NCBI GenBank assembly: GCA_016929095.1
Contig: JAFGJM010000002.1
Span: 233,580-297,579, forward strand
Source of the DNA: Anaerolineales bacterium
GTDB lineage: Bacteria > Chloroflexota > Anaerolineae > Anaerolineales > UBA4823
Direction of reading: 5' to 3'
DNA: 64,000 bases
This document shows, in pieces, positions 17,549 through 27,758 of the stretch. Below the pieces are notes generated by a model. The model was given only the letters and a program-made list of their open reading frames with translations. It searched no databases and had not been told where the DNA came from. The position numbers and the translations under genes were made by a program. Every line of letters begins with the position of its first letter. Within the stretch, counting starts at the first letter, position 1.

Positions 17549-18162
17549 TCAGCTCTCCCAAGGGTGGGGGATACAATCAGGTAAGCGCCCGCTAATGCCA
17601 ATCCCAGATCTACCACTGCTAACAAACCGATCACCAAAGCAGATGTTTCGACCACCGAATATAAAATTTCAAATCCCGACAATAAGAGTAACAACCCCAC
17701 CACCGTATCAAAAGGATGTGAAATTAAACTCATTTGAACTAAACTCAATCCGATCAACAACACCGTTGCATAAGATTGTTCCTGGCTTATACCCGGAACG
17801 AAATTGTTTATAGCGCTTATGATTGAGAGGACCACCAATACCACTATGCCAGCCATGAATAATCGAAATAACCGGCGGGAATCAAATATTCTGCGTTTGT
17901 TGTTCTGAGTATATCCTTGAGCACGGCTTTCTTCTGGCGATAATCCTGCCATTGCCATCCCTAATAACACACCCGCAATTAAACCTGCTATGAGTTTTGA
18001 AGCAGCCAACACCATGGGGAGTGATTTCAGCAATAATAAAAAGCATCCAAAATATTGAAAAGATAAAAATAATACTTTCCAACGCCAATTATCGCTGGTT
18101 AATACAGCAATGAGTGAAAAAACAATGAATGCCAATCCAATAACCGGTAATAACTCAAGCAT
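17545..18162 (-). CDS. Hypothetical polytopic membrane protein
   Basis: 205 aa with 5-6 hydrophobic helices. Its stop overlaps the start of the downstream NuoN-like gene (4-nt overlap), suggesting translational coupling. Confidence 0.5.
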   Translation of the reverse strand: MLELLPVIGLAFIVFSLIAVLTSDNWRWKVLFLSFQYFGCFLLLLKSLPMVLAASKLIAGLIAGVLLGMAMAGLSPEESRAQGYTQNNKRRIFDSRRLFRLFMAGIVVLVVLSIISAINNFVPGISQEQSYATVLLIGLSLVQMSLISHPFDTVVGLLLLLSGFEILYSVVETSALVIGLLAVVDLGLALAGAYLIVSPTLGRAE

Positions 18163-18180
18163 TATTGGTAATGATCCTCA

Positions 18181-19728
18181 TCAGCTTCCCTGTAAAAAGA
18201 ATGTAATTAATAGCGCCAGTAATAATAAAGTTAATAAAATACCGCTTTCACCTTCAACAACAGCGCTTAAACCATAGGTAAATCTGCCGAACAGCCGGAA
18301 AATTCGATGACCGCTTTTAGTCAACCAATCACTGAATGCCCAGTTAATTTTAATATGTTTGATCCAACTCGGAAATCGATGCTGGTTTCTCCATGACAAA
18401 TATATGACCAGACCCGCTGCGCCAATGATAAATCCAACGAAATAGTCGATAATATTTTTATGGAGTAACCAGGGCGTGCTATTAAGCAATAGAACACCAT
18501 CTCTCCAATACAAGAACGCAAGCAGCCAATAAACGCCAACGATGATAACCAATCGTAAAGGGTTTAGCAATAAAACCCACCTCTCAGAAGTTTCTATCTG
18601 AGAACGGCTTTTACTCGTATGTTTTAAATATCCACCGACAAGCAAGGATTGGACCAGAATCAATATCACCATGGATATGCCAGGTTCCGTAGAATAGAGG
18701 CTGGCGCCATCCCAGGTAGGCGTGAAAGGGATCGAGGTGATGGCAAGTAATCCTACATACAAAAATATGGGTTTGCGGATGAATTTTTCTTCAAAGAACA
18801 ATATTCCGCCAGACAATATCATAGCAAACCCCCAAACAGCGCTGGCAATCACCAATCCTCGCATTGCAGCTAAAATAACAAAAGAACTGAGTATAAATAC
18901 CCAATATCGTCTGCCTTCAAATTCATTCCTGGCAGTAAACCAGGCAAGCCCTGCAATCACGCCGATACTTACAACGGCGATGAATAAAAATATGTTCAAG
19001 GCAGTTATATCGATGGTCACAGCAATGCGTGAAAACACGATGAGGGCAGAAAGAGGCGAAATGAGTGTTAAGAAATAAATCATGCAGCGGGGTAAATTCA
19101 ACGTGTCTTCAGAAAGAGACCCTGCTGGTATCACGAAAAGTCTGATCCCGGCTGCCAATAACAATACATTGGTATCACTCGTGCCCCATAGGAACAATAT
19201 GATCCCAATTAGTCTCAATGCAAAAGCAGAGAGCAGGCTGTTTATTCGATGTCGATCACGGATACGAGCGAACAATAACGAAAACTCTACAATATCTATG
19301 ACTGCCCAACTGGTTCGAATGGTTGTCGCATCCCGGGCATGGATCGCCAGCAACCCAAAAGCGGTTAACACCAATCCCCCGCCAAGCGATAACCAATCCA
19401 TTTGTGAGGCATTCACAACCAAGGATAAATACACAACCATCGCTAAAGTAATCAAAACCAGAGCGTAAGGCCACGATAAGCCATCAATGAGCAAGCTCGG
19501 CAGTCCGATTTTTTCAGCGCCCGGCAGCAATCCGGCAGGATTCTGTACATACGGCAATCCGCTGCGAGAAAAAAGAATCAATACCCAGCCAACCAAAATT
19601 CCAAAAGTAGACAGCAGCCAATAATATGCAAATTTTTCCCGTATCAAACGGATCAATAATATGATCGATGCTGTGATCAAAAGCCAGAATATCGCCAGTA
19701 ATGGAAATAAATTCAATAGTGAATTCAT
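18181..19728 (-). CDS. Hypothetical polytopic membrane protein, possibly a degenerate antiporter-like subunit
   Basis: 515 aa and highly hydrophobic. The segment SLLIDGLSWPYALVLITLAMVVYL resembles the conserved 'xDxLS' N-terminal helix of NuoL/M/N. The gene starts 10 nt after the hydantoinase stop. Confidence 0.5.
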   Translation of the reverse strand: MNSLLNLFPLLAIFWLLITASIILLIRLIREKFAYYWLLSTFGILVGWVLILFSRSGLPYVQNPAGLLPGAEKIGLPSLLIDGLSWPYALVLITLAMVVYLSLVVNASQMDWLSLGGGLVLTAFGLLAIHARDATTIRTSWAVIDIVEFSLLFARIRDRHRINSLLSAFALRLIGIILFLWGTSDTNVLLLAAGIRLFVIPAGSLSEDTLNLPRCMIYFLTLISPLSALIVFSRIAVTIDITALNIFLFIAVVSIGVIAGLAWFTARNEFEGRRYWVFILSSFVILAAMRGLVIASAVWGFAMILSGGILFFEEKFIRKPIFLYVGLLAITSIPFTPTWDGASLYSTEPGISMVILILVQSLLVGGYLKHTSKSRSQIETSERWVLLLNPLRLVIIVGVYWLLAFLYWRDGVLLLNSTPWLLHKNIIDYFVGFIIGAAGLVIYLSWRNQHRFPSWIKHIKINWAFSDWLTKSGHRIFRLFGRFTYGLSAVVEGESGILLTLLLLALLITFFLQGS

Positions 19729-19738
19729 GGGTACATAT

Positions 19739-21160
19739 TTATATTAACGGTGCATTAGGATTGCGATGGAGAAATTTACCCATCCCTGCATTTCCCATCC
19801 ATTTCTCCCCATCCACTATCAGGTGTCCTCTGAGGAATACCTTTTCCGGAAAACCCACCAACTCCCAGTTTTCGTACAAATTATAATCTGTACGATGTTT
19901 CGCTTTTGATACCCCATATTTTATTTTTACATCAGGATCCCAAATGACAATATCCGCATCGCTCCCAGGGGTTAATGTCCCTTTTCGAGGGTACAACCCA
20001 AAGATTTTGGCTGGATTGGTGCTGGTTAATGCCACAAATTGATTGGGGGTTATTCGACCAGCTCTTACGCCATAAGTCCACATGATGGGTAATCGATCCC
20101 CCACTCCGGGTAACCCGTTGGGGATTTTGGAGAAATCATCTGCCCCCAATTCTTTTCCAGGAATAGCCACCAGTTTACCTTCATACTCGATCGGCTGGCT
20201 GCCATTAAAAAAGAATGAACAATGATCGGTGCCTAATGATTGGATAATTCCCCCACTCAACCCTTCCCAAAGGCGCCGGTTATCGCGTTCGGTGCGCATG
20301 GGTGGTGAACACACCCATTTTGCCCCATCCGGACGCCTCAGGTGATCCTCAGTGAAGAATAGATATGGGGTGCAAGTCTCACCCATCACCGGTACCCCTT
20401 GTTCCCTCATATATTTTAGTTGATCCACTTCACCCGCCGTATTCATATGGACAATATAAATTGGTGCTTCGGCTTGCGCGGCTAAAGTTGCGGCGCGTAA
20501 AGTTGCATCCACAGCTCCCCAGGCGGGTCGTGTGAGGGCGTGATAGATTGGAGTAGTGTTTCCAGCTGCCAACGCTTCATTTACCAGCACTTCGATCACA
20601 TCGCCATTTTCAGCGTGCAAGAGGGTTAAAAACCCATTTGCCCTGGCTATCCGTAACACCTTGAAGATATCCCCATCCTGCAGGCGCAACCGGTCATTAT
20701 AGGCTGTAAACACTTTCAAGGAAGTGATTCCCATTTCTAATAATGATGGAATTTCGTCCGCCACTTCATCATCATAATGGGAAATGTTCATATGAAAACC
20801 AAAATCAATCGTCGCTTTGACATTTGCTTTTTGGCGCCATAAGTCTGTGCTGTATCGAAGGCTATTACTCTCTTGTGGCACAAAATCCAATGCAGTGGTG
20901 GTGCCTCCAAAAGCTGCCGCCTTATGCCCGGTATAATGATCATCGGCAGTGACTGTATCAAACATGGGGAGATCAAAATGCGTATGAGGGTCTACCCCGC
21001 CTGGCATGACCAATTTCCCTTGTGCATTAATTATCTCGGCATCACCTTCTGGTAAATCTTTTCCAATCATGGCAATCTTTTCATCAATGATTAAAATATC
21101 CGCAGAGAATGTATCTGAAGCTGTGATCAATGTGCCTGATTTTATGATCGTCTTTTTCAT
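19739..21160 (-). CDS. D-hydantoinase / dihydropyrimidinase (cyclic amidohydrolase)
   Basis: PGGVDPHTHFDLP (HxH metal site), SLKVFTAYND (carboxylated-Lys region) and overall 473-aa amidohydrolase architecture. Confidence 0.85.
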   Translation of the reverse strand: MKKTIIKSGTLITASDTFSADILIIDEKIAMIGKDLPEGDAEIINAQGKLVMPGGVDPHTHFDLPMFDTVTADDHYTGHKAAAFGGTTTALDFVPQESNSLRYSTDLWRQKANVKATIDFGFHMNISHYDDEVADEIPSLLEMGITSLKVFTAYNDRLRLQDGDIFKVLRIARANGFLTLLHAENGDVIEVLVNEALAAGNTTPIYHALTRPAWGAVDATLRAATLAAQAEAPIYIVHMNTAGEVDQLKYMREQGVPVMGETCTPYLFFTEDHLRRPDGAKWVCSPPMRTERDNRRLWEGLSGGIIQSLGTDHCSFFFNGSQPIEYEGKLVAIPGKELGADDFSKIPNGLPGVGDRLPIMWTYGVRAGRITPNQFVALTSTNPAKIFGLYPRKGTLTPGSDADIVIWDPDVKIKYGVSKAKHRTDYNLYENWELVGFPEKVFLRGHLIVDGEKWMGNAGMGKFLHRNPNAPLI

Positions 21161-21405
21161 AGACTTACCTTGTCAAATCTATTATTTCAACGTCCACCAT
21201 TATACAACCCTTTAACACAGGGATGAGTGAGTAGTTGATGAGTTATCATTTGCGATATTAACCTGAAGTAAGGTGTAATGATGGGTTTTTTTACTTGCTG
21301 GTGAAGTGTATTCTCTTACCGAACTATAAAGTCTCCATTGCTGGTTTGTAAAATGGGAGGCCAGGAGGATGAGACGTCCTCGAAATTTCGAGATTTTTAC
21401 GTGGA

Positions 21406-21957
21406 TTAGTGAAGATGATCAAAGCCCAACAAGGCTTCTAATAACTTCTCATCGAGAATTTCATGTCCCAATTGCGGCGCATACGCTTGAGATTGATTGG
21501 CTCTCTCTCGCAACGCCTGCCAAAGAACCTGTCTTTCTTCGCCAGGCACAACCAGATCTTTTAGTGTCTCCGCCTGATTGAGATATTCCCCCGTGGTGTA
21601 GAGAAAGGTGATCCTTTTCCAATTATTTGCCATAATGGGATGAGGCAATTCAATCAACTCACCAATTTGTATTTTGTAATACTCCATGTGCGATGAAGGA
21701 TGATGCGGTTCGTCCCTGAATAATTCCGCGCGTGTGGCCAATTCATGTCCTAAAACTTGCGCTGCAAATTTAACCTGCCATTTATCATCGCCAAATACAC
21801 CCGTTTGATAAAAAGCCAGATAATCGACGGCAATGACCTTAGGCGCACTGCGCAACGGAATGCGGTACCACCCCAACATTCTGGCGATCTCCAGATCGCG
21901 CACCTCTTTTAAAATTGCTATCAGCACTAAAGCCGTGGATGGAATGCTGTCGTTCAT
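21406..21957 (-). CDS. Hypothetical protein
   Basis: Start moved to ATG 21957 (MNDSIPST...) to avoid overlap with the upstream gene. No family was recognised. Confidence 0.5.
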   Translation of the reverse strand: MNDSIPSTALVLIAILKEVRDLEIARMLGWYRIPLRSAPKVIAVDYLAFYQTGVFGDDKWQVKFAAQVLGHELATRAELFRDEPHHPSSHMEYYKIQIGELIELPHPIMANNWKRITFLYTTGEYLNQAETLKDLVVPGEERQVLWQALRERANQSQAYAPQLGHEILDEKLLEALLGFDHLH

Positions 21958-22009
21958 TCGGTTAGATTTGCCAGGATGGCAAAATATCTTGCCATCCTGG
22001 CGTGAAATA

Positions 22010-23476
22010 TCAGAGTAAACCCACTTTTCCGTTGAATTCTTCAATCAAATCGTCGATTTCATCTACCTGGTCACGTATATCCTGCCAATAATTACGTGTG
22101 TACCATTGTTCTTGAATTTCTTCATAAGTCTTGCCTTGTTGTTCAACCCAGGTATAGTATTTCAAGTTATGCACTCTACGGCGCTCAGCATAGGTTAATT
22201 CCACTAAATTATCTGTGCTAATCCCTTTAAGGTAATGCGCGAAATGCGCCGAAGCGTCATATTCACTGTATTCGCCATACTCTTCATGCATCTCTCTGAG
22301 CCGGCTTTGATAAAGTTCCATTGAATCGGTGAGCATGGTCATGACAATGTCGTTTTCACCAAGCTCATAGTATTTCGCCGCCTTTATGGCAGAAACAACA
22401 TTAGATATACTGGAAAATCCCAGGAGGTCTAGTTGGGAAACAAATTTTTCCGGAACACCCTTCTTTACCAAATATCGCCTGCCAACATCTTCATTGAAAA
22501 GCCGGGATAAATTAACGACAGCTTCATCATCGATAGCCACAACCATATCTGTATTTTTTACATTATGCACCCACGGTACATGCTTATCGCCAATCCCCTC
22601 GATACGATGAGCGCCAAATCCATTCTCCGACAAAGTGGGACATTGGAGCGCCTCGCTGGCAACTACCTTACTGGCTGGGAATAATTGTTTCATGTAATCA
22701 CCGCTGGCAATGGTACCCGCAGAACCGGTGGCAGAGACCAATCCACGATAATTATCTAATGGTCCCATAACTTCCGCCAGCACTTCTTCCATAGCATGAC
22801 CGGTAATCTCATAATGCCATAGATAATTACCGAATTCATCGAATTGGTTAAAGATCATCAAATCTTCGCCAGATTTGCGTAATTCCCAACATTTATCGAA
22901 AATTTCTTTTACATTCGATTCGCTGCCTGGTGTAGCAATCACTTCACCAGCGATATTCGATAACCACTCGAAACGTTCCTTACTCATACCTTCTGGTAGT
23001 ATAGCGATGGACGGACAACTTAATAATGCCGAATCATAAGCCCCTCCCCGGCAATAATTGCCGGTTGAAGGCCATACGGCTTTCTGTAATGTGGGATCGA
23101 ATTGTCCGGTCACCAATCGTGGCACTAAACAGCCAAACGCTGCGCCGACTTTATGAGATCCGGTGGGGAACCATTTTCCAACCAGGGCAATAATGCGCGC
23201 TGAAGTTCCGGTAAATTCTTTAGGGAATTCCATGTAATTTACTTTACCAAATGCCCCGCCATTCGCTATCGGTTCGTTTTTCCACGTAATTCGGTAAAGA
23301 TTCCTGGGATTTAAATCCCACAACCCAATGCCTCGTAATTCTTCTACAATTTTGTCTGGGATCAACTGTGGATTTTTCATCTGCGCGAACGTAGGGATGA
23401 TAATATTGCGTTCCCGCACCCGTTTAATCGTACGCTCTTGTCTATCCTTCAGGACTGTTAAATCAATCGTAGCCAT
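22010..23476 (-). CDS. PLP-dependent enzyme, tryptophan-synthase-beta-like (fold type II), long 488-aa form
   Basis: FPTGSHKVGAAFG contains the putative PLP lysine, and a GSAGT-like loop (ATGSAGTIASG) is present. Substrate unknown. Confidence 0.7.
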   Translation of the reverse strand: MATIDLTVLKDRQERTIKRVRERNIIIPTFAQMKNPQLIPDKIVEELRGIGLWDLNPRNLYRITWKNEPIANGGAFGKVNYMEFPKEFTGTSARIIALVGKWFPTGSHKVGAAFGCLVPRLVTGQFDPTLQKAVWPSTGNYCRGGAYDSALLSCPSIAILPEGMSKERFEWLSNIAGEVIATPGSESNVKEIFDKCWELRKSGEDLMIFNQFDEFGNYLWHYEITGHAMEEVLAEVMGPLDNYRGLVSATGSAGTIASGDYMKQLFPASKVVASEALQCPTLSENGFGAHRIEGIGDKHVPWVHNVKNTDMVVAIDDEAVVNLSRLFNEDVGRRYLVKKGVPEKFVSQLDLLGFSSISNVVSAIKAAKYYELGENDIVMTMLTDSMELYQSRLREMHEEYGEYSEYDASAHFAHYLKGISTDNLVELTYAERRRVHNLKYYTWVEQQGKTYEEIQEQWYTRNYWQDIRDQVDEIDDLIEEFNGKVGLL

Positions 23477-23506
23477 TTCTTAATATTACTCCTCAGTAAA
23501 AATTTT

Positions 23507-24448
23507 TTAATCAGGATAATCTTCCGGCGATTCCCTCACAATGTAAAGAGGTCTACCCTTGGCTTCGTCAAATAATCTACCGATATACTCGCCAAGGATA
23601 CCAAGTGAAATCAACTGAACACCGCCTAAAAATAGTACGGCGATTAATGTGGTTGCCTGTCCAAAAAAAGCCTGGGAACCGGACTGCCGTAATATAACAA
23701 CTACCGGAATTGCCAGAATAGCAAGCCCGGCAGACACGAACCCTAAATAAGTTGCCAATTGCAACGGTAAATATGAAAAACTGGTAATAGCGTCTTTGGC
23801 AAATTTGAACATCTTTTTGAAGGGGTATTTCGTTTCGCCGGCATATCGGGCTGAACGCTCGTATTCCACGCCTGTTTGACGGAAACCCACCCACACTGAC
23901 ATACCGCGTAAAAACCGATGCTGTTCGCGCATGTTTTTTAACACATCGACTACTTTTCGATCCAGTAACCGAAAATCGCCGGTATCCAAAGGTATTTTCA
24001 CATCGGTAATGCGGTAAATGATGCGGTAAAACAATGATGCCGTGAATAATTTAAACCAGGATTCTCCCTCCCTTTTCGAGCGGATGGCATACACGACTTC
24101 AAAACCCTCCCGCCATTTTTTCAACATATCAATGATCACTTCTGGAGGATCTTGTAAATCGGCATCGATGATCACCACCGCATTTCCCCGTGCATAATCC
24201 AACCCGGCTGTAACGGCTAACTGGTGCCCAAAATTCCGGGCAAAAATAACCGGTTTGATGTGATGGTCTTCTTGTGCGAACTGTTGGATAATCTCCGTAG
24301 ACCCGTCCGTAGAGCCATCATCGATCAATAGCAGCTCCCAGTTTTCGCCGGTAGAACGCATAACGTCAGAAACCCTGCGGTAGAGTTCCGGCAAAGTTTC
24401 TTTTTCGTTGAATATCGGCGCAATGATTGAAATCACCGTTTCAGTCAT
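23507..24448 (-). CDS. Family 2 glycosyltransferase (polyprenol-phosphate sugar transferase-like, with C-terminal TM helices)
   Basis: SIIAPIFNE...LLIDDGSTDGS...VVIIDADLQDPPE (DxD region). The ATG at 24448 overlaps the upstream stop (ATGACTGA). Confidence 0.85.
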   Translation of the reverse strand: MTETVISIIAPIFNEKETLPELYRRVSDVMRSTGENWELLLIDDGSTDGSTEIIQQFAQEDHHIKPVIFARNFGHQLAVTAGLDYARGNAVVIIDADLQDPPEVIIDMLKKWREGFEVVYAIRSKREGESWFKLFTASLFYRIIYRITDVKIPLDTGDFRLLDRKVVDVLKNMREQHRFLRGMSVWVGFRQTGVEYERSARYAGETKYPFKKMFKFAKDAITSFSYLPLQLATYLGFVSAGLAILAIPVVVILRQSGSQAFFGQATTLIAVLFLGGVQLISLGILGEYIGRLFDEAKGRPLYIVRESPEDYPD

Positions 24449-25697
24449 TGATGTTTCCAACCTCTTTTTTCACGCTATCCAAATTCGGTGTAATAACTGT
24501 CGCCTCTCCGGCAGCCTGCATGGCTGCTTTCACATCTTTTAAACCGTTCCCTGTATTGATCACCAACACGGCATCGTTGTCCTTTATAATTCCCGATTGC
24601 CTGGCTTTAACTAATCCGGCATACGCTGTCGCGCCAGCCGGTTCAGCAAAAATCCCGGCTTTTCCCAACGAACTGATCGCTTTCAAGATTTCCTCATCAG
24701 TCACTAAGATATATGAACCACCGCTTTCTTTTGCTGCGCGTACTGCACGCACACCGTCTCGCGGCAAATCTACCGATATGCTGTCCGCCAGGGTGTTGGC
24801 AGAAACTGGTGTAATAGTGTCCACACCGGCATTAAACGCATTGGCAATGGCAGCCGATCCTTCAGCCTGAATACCGTATAGCGCGGGAATGGCATCGATC
24901 CAACCCAATTCGAACAAATCCTTAAATCCTTTATGGATTCCAGAAATGATATTGCCATCGCCAACAGAGACAAACACTTTCAATGGCATGCTTGAATAAA
25001 CAGCCTGCATGCCTGTCCACCATTCCCAAATTTCAAAAGCTGCGGTTTTCTTACCTTCAGCCGTGAATGGGTTAAAACCGGTGTTACGGCAATACCATCC
25101 AAATTCCTGCGACGCTTGAATGGTCAGGTCAAAGGCGTCATCATAAGTACCATCCACCAATAGGACTTTCGCGCCATAGATCAATAATTGCGCAACCTTT
25201 GCCGGAGGCGCCGTTTTGGGGGCAAAAATCACTGCTTTTTGCCCTACTGCAGCCGACATCCCCGCTAAAGCGGCACCGGCATTTCCGGTTGAGGCAGTCA
25301 CAACCACCTTGGCTTCGATTTCTCGGGCGCGTGCTACGACGACCGCGCTGGCTCTATCTTTAAATGATGCCGTTGGATTCCGGCTTTCATCTTTTATCCA
25401 TAAGTTTTTTAATCCCAATGCAGCGGATAATAACGGCGGCGAGAAAATGGGCGTTCCACCAGCTACCCGCAATGGTGTACCTTGATATCCGGGATCGGAA
25501 ACAGGCAAGATGGGTAGATACCGCCATAATGAAACTTCCGGATTACCTAATATTTTCTGCCGAGCATCCCCCATTTTTATGGCTGCATAATCCAATATCA
25601 CATCCAAATTACCCCCATCCTTCGGGCAGGTGTATGTCACCTGGTTGGCAAGATATTCCTGATTACATAACGAACATCGATATCCTAAAAAATTCAT
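24441..25697 (-). CDS. Threonine-synthase-family PLP enzyme
   Basis: N-terminal Cys-rich zinc-ribbon-like segment (YRCSLCNQEY...YTCPKDGG), then NPTASFKDRAS (PLP lysine) and ASTGNAGAALA. Confidence 0.8.
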   Translation of the reverse strand: MNFLGYRCSLCNQEYLANQVTYTCPKDGGNLDVILDYAAIKMGDARQKILGNPEVSLWRYLPILPVSDPGYQGTPLRVAGGTPIFSPPLLSAALGLKNLWIKDESRNPTASFKDRASAVVVARAREIEAKVVVTASTGNAGAALAGMSAAVGQKAVIFAPKTAPPAKVAQLLIYGAKVLLVDGTYDDAFDLTIQASQEFGWYCRNTGFNPFTAEGKKTAAFEIWEWWTGMQAVYSSMPLKVFVSVGDGNIISGIHKGFKDLFELGWIDAIPALYGIQAEGSAAIANAFNAGVDTITPVSANTLADSISVDLPRDGVRAVRAAKESGGSYILVTDEEILKAISSLGKAGIFAEPAGATAYAGLVKARQSGIIKDNDAVLVINTGNGLKDVKAAMQAAGEATVITPNLDSVKKEVGNIND

Positions 25698-25706
25698 GGT
25701 TTCTCC

Positions 25707-26705
25707 CTATTCACTCTCAAATGGCACTCCCAAAGCTGCAGGAGGCGAGGCGCGTAAGGCGCGCAACAGACGTGAAATGGCTTTTCGTGACGGCTCGGGA
25801 ATAGCTGCCAGGGTCCTTTCAACCCATTCGGCATTACCGATATTGACAAATAATAAAGTCAGGATCATCAATGGGAATGGCGCCACTTGCAACACTTGCG
25901 ATGGAATATTTGGTAATGCCGGTTGCAGCACCAGGCCAAGCCATTGCAGCAAGGAAAATAGATAGCAGCCAAAGGCGGCTCGGATTGGATCCCATCCACC
26001 AAAAATGGTGATCGAAAGCGCTATCCAACCAATGCCATCCAATCCTGAAATCGTGCCCTTCCACCCATATTTCACACTTAGCGAATAAGTGACTCCGGCT
26101 AATCCAATTAATGCCCCCCCCAATACTGTGTAGATATAACGCAATCGATTAACGTTTGCCCCTCTCACAAAAGCTGAAGCCGGTCGCTCTCCTATGCCTT
26201 GCAAAATCAATCCCGGGCGGGTTTTATAAATCCATACCCATACAATGATTATGCCAAGGTAACTTATATATGTCAGGTAATCCTGGCGGAATAAAAGTGC
26301 TCCAAAGATCGGAATATCTTTTAGCACGGGTATCGACCAGGATGAAAGCCTTGGCCCTGTCAATCCCATATACGGATTGCCCAAGAAATAAGACAGGTCA
26401 CGGCAGACCATTGTCAATACAAATCCCACCGCTACCTGGGATTGTTTTAAAGTAATGCTCGAAAAAGCCAACACCAAGGCTACCAAACCACCAATGATCA
26501 TACCCGTGATGAAGCCCCAAAAAAGACTCCCGGTACTTACTGAAACAGCAAAGCCTCCCATGGCAGCCAATAAAATCGTGCCGTTCATGGAAAGGTTAAT
26601 AACACCCGCTCTTTCAGAGATTGTTTCTCCAAGTACGGCAAAAAGAACCGGCGCTGCCGAGGCAAGTACCCCTGCTAATCCAATTATCAATGTGTCTGTG
26701 GTCAT
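25707..26705 (-). CDS. ABC transporter permease (BMP/nucleoside-type, second permease)
   Basis: 332-aa polytopic protein in an SBP-ATPase-permease-permease operon. Confidence 0.85.
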   Translation of the reverse strand: MTTDTLIIGLAGVLASAAPVLFAVLGETISERAGVINLSMNGTILLAAMGGFAVSVSTGSLFWGFITGMIIGGLVALVLAFSSITLKQSQVAVGFVLTMVCRDLSYFLGNPYMGLTGPRLSSWSIPVLKDIPIFGALLFRQDYLTYISYLGIIIVWVWIYKTRPGLILQGIGERPASAFVRGANVNRLRYIYTVLGGALIGLAGVTYSLSVKYGWKGTISGLDGIGWIALSITIFGGWDPIRAAFGCYLFSLLQWLGLVLQPALPNIPSQVLQVAPFPLMILTLLFVNIGNAEWVERTLAAIPEPSRKAISRLLRALRASPPAALGVPFESE

Positions 26706-26717
26706 TATTTATTTACC

Positions 26718-27758
26718 TCATGTGCGCCGTAAATAACGCTGACGGATTCCCTCAACCATGAGAACGAATAAAACAAGCATCCCTTGTAAAACGCCAGAAA
26801 GAGAAGAATCCATTTTCAGCACAATGGGCAATTGAATGCTGCCAATATTCAATGCCGCATAAAACAAAGCTACAGGCGCAGCCCAAATTGCCTGGTAATT
26901 TACCAGCATGGCTACCAGTAACCCCAGGTAACCATAGCCGCTGGAAATTGAAGGGATCAGGCGGTGATAAACTGCCGTAACTTGCATGGCGCCTGCCGCA
27001 CCTGCAAATATGCCGCACAGAAAAAACGCAGCCATCATGTGCTGCCAGGTGGGGATACCTAAAAGATGGGCTGCTCTGAAATTTTTCCCTACTGCTTTTA
27101 AACGCAAACCAAAATATGTCCCTTGCAGTAAGAAATAAACCGCTACAATCGATGCAATGGCTAATCCTAGCGCCCAATAGCTCAGATCATAATCAGGGAT
27201 TTGTGGCAGCCACAATTCTTCGGGGAAGGGCTGGGTTCCACTCATGGAGCCTACTCCAGGACGTTTCCAGGGACCAAAGATCAACCATAAAGTCAATGCT
27301 GTTGCCACAAAATTCAACCCAAGCCCGCCAAAAATTTCATTTACTCCGCCAAATGTTTTTAATGCGCCTGCTAAAGACGCCCATATTGCCCCGCCAATCA
27401 TCCCTGCCAGAATACTCAAAAAAATGATCCATCCTGGCGCTATTGCGCTATCCTGAAAAAGCCGTAATACCCAGGTTGTGGCAATCGCTCCCAATACAAT
27501 CTGACCTTCTACACCGATGTTCCATAATCCAGTAGAAAAGGTGATTAAAAGCCCGGCAGTTGTCAATAATAGCGGGATCCAGGAAAGCAATACTTTTGAA
27601 ATGCGATCCAAAGAGCCAAAAGAGCCCTTGATGATGTTCGCATAAGCTTCCAATGGGGGGGCATCGGCTGCCAGCATGATCAATGTGGTCAATAACAGGG
27701 CCATCAAAACAGCCGCTAATTGAATAAGCAGATTCGCCCAGCGGGTATTCTTAAGCAT
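26718..27758 (-). CDS. ABC transporter permease (BMP/nucleoside-type, first permease)
   Basis: Start set at ATG 27758, with AAGGAG upstream and an ATGCTTAA overlap with the ATPase stop. Polytopic. Confidence 0.85.
   Translation of the reverse strand: MLKNTRWANLLIQLAAVLMALLLTTLIMLAADAPPLEAYANIIKGSFGSLDRISKVLLSWIPLLLTTAGLLITFSTGLWNIGVEGQIVLGAIATTWVLRLFQDSAIAPGWIIFLSILAGMIGGAIWASLAGALKTFGGVNEIFGGLGLNFVATALTLWLIFGPWKRPGVGSMSGTQPFPEELWLPQIPDYDLSYWALGLAIASIVAVYFLLQGTYFGLRLKAVGKNFRAAHLLGIPTWQHMMAAFFLCGIFAGAAGAMQVTAVYHRLIPSISSGYGYLGLLVAMLVNYQAIWAAPVALFYAALNIGSIQLPIVLKMDSSLSGVLQGMLVLFVLMVEGIRQRYLRRT

Noticed and set aside
21369-21581. 70-aa plus-strand ORF preceded by GGGAGGCCAGGAGG
   Set aside because: It mostly overlaps, in antisense, the 3' end of the 21406-21957 gene. 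The SD-like purine run abuts the ATG with poor spacing, and no family was recognised.
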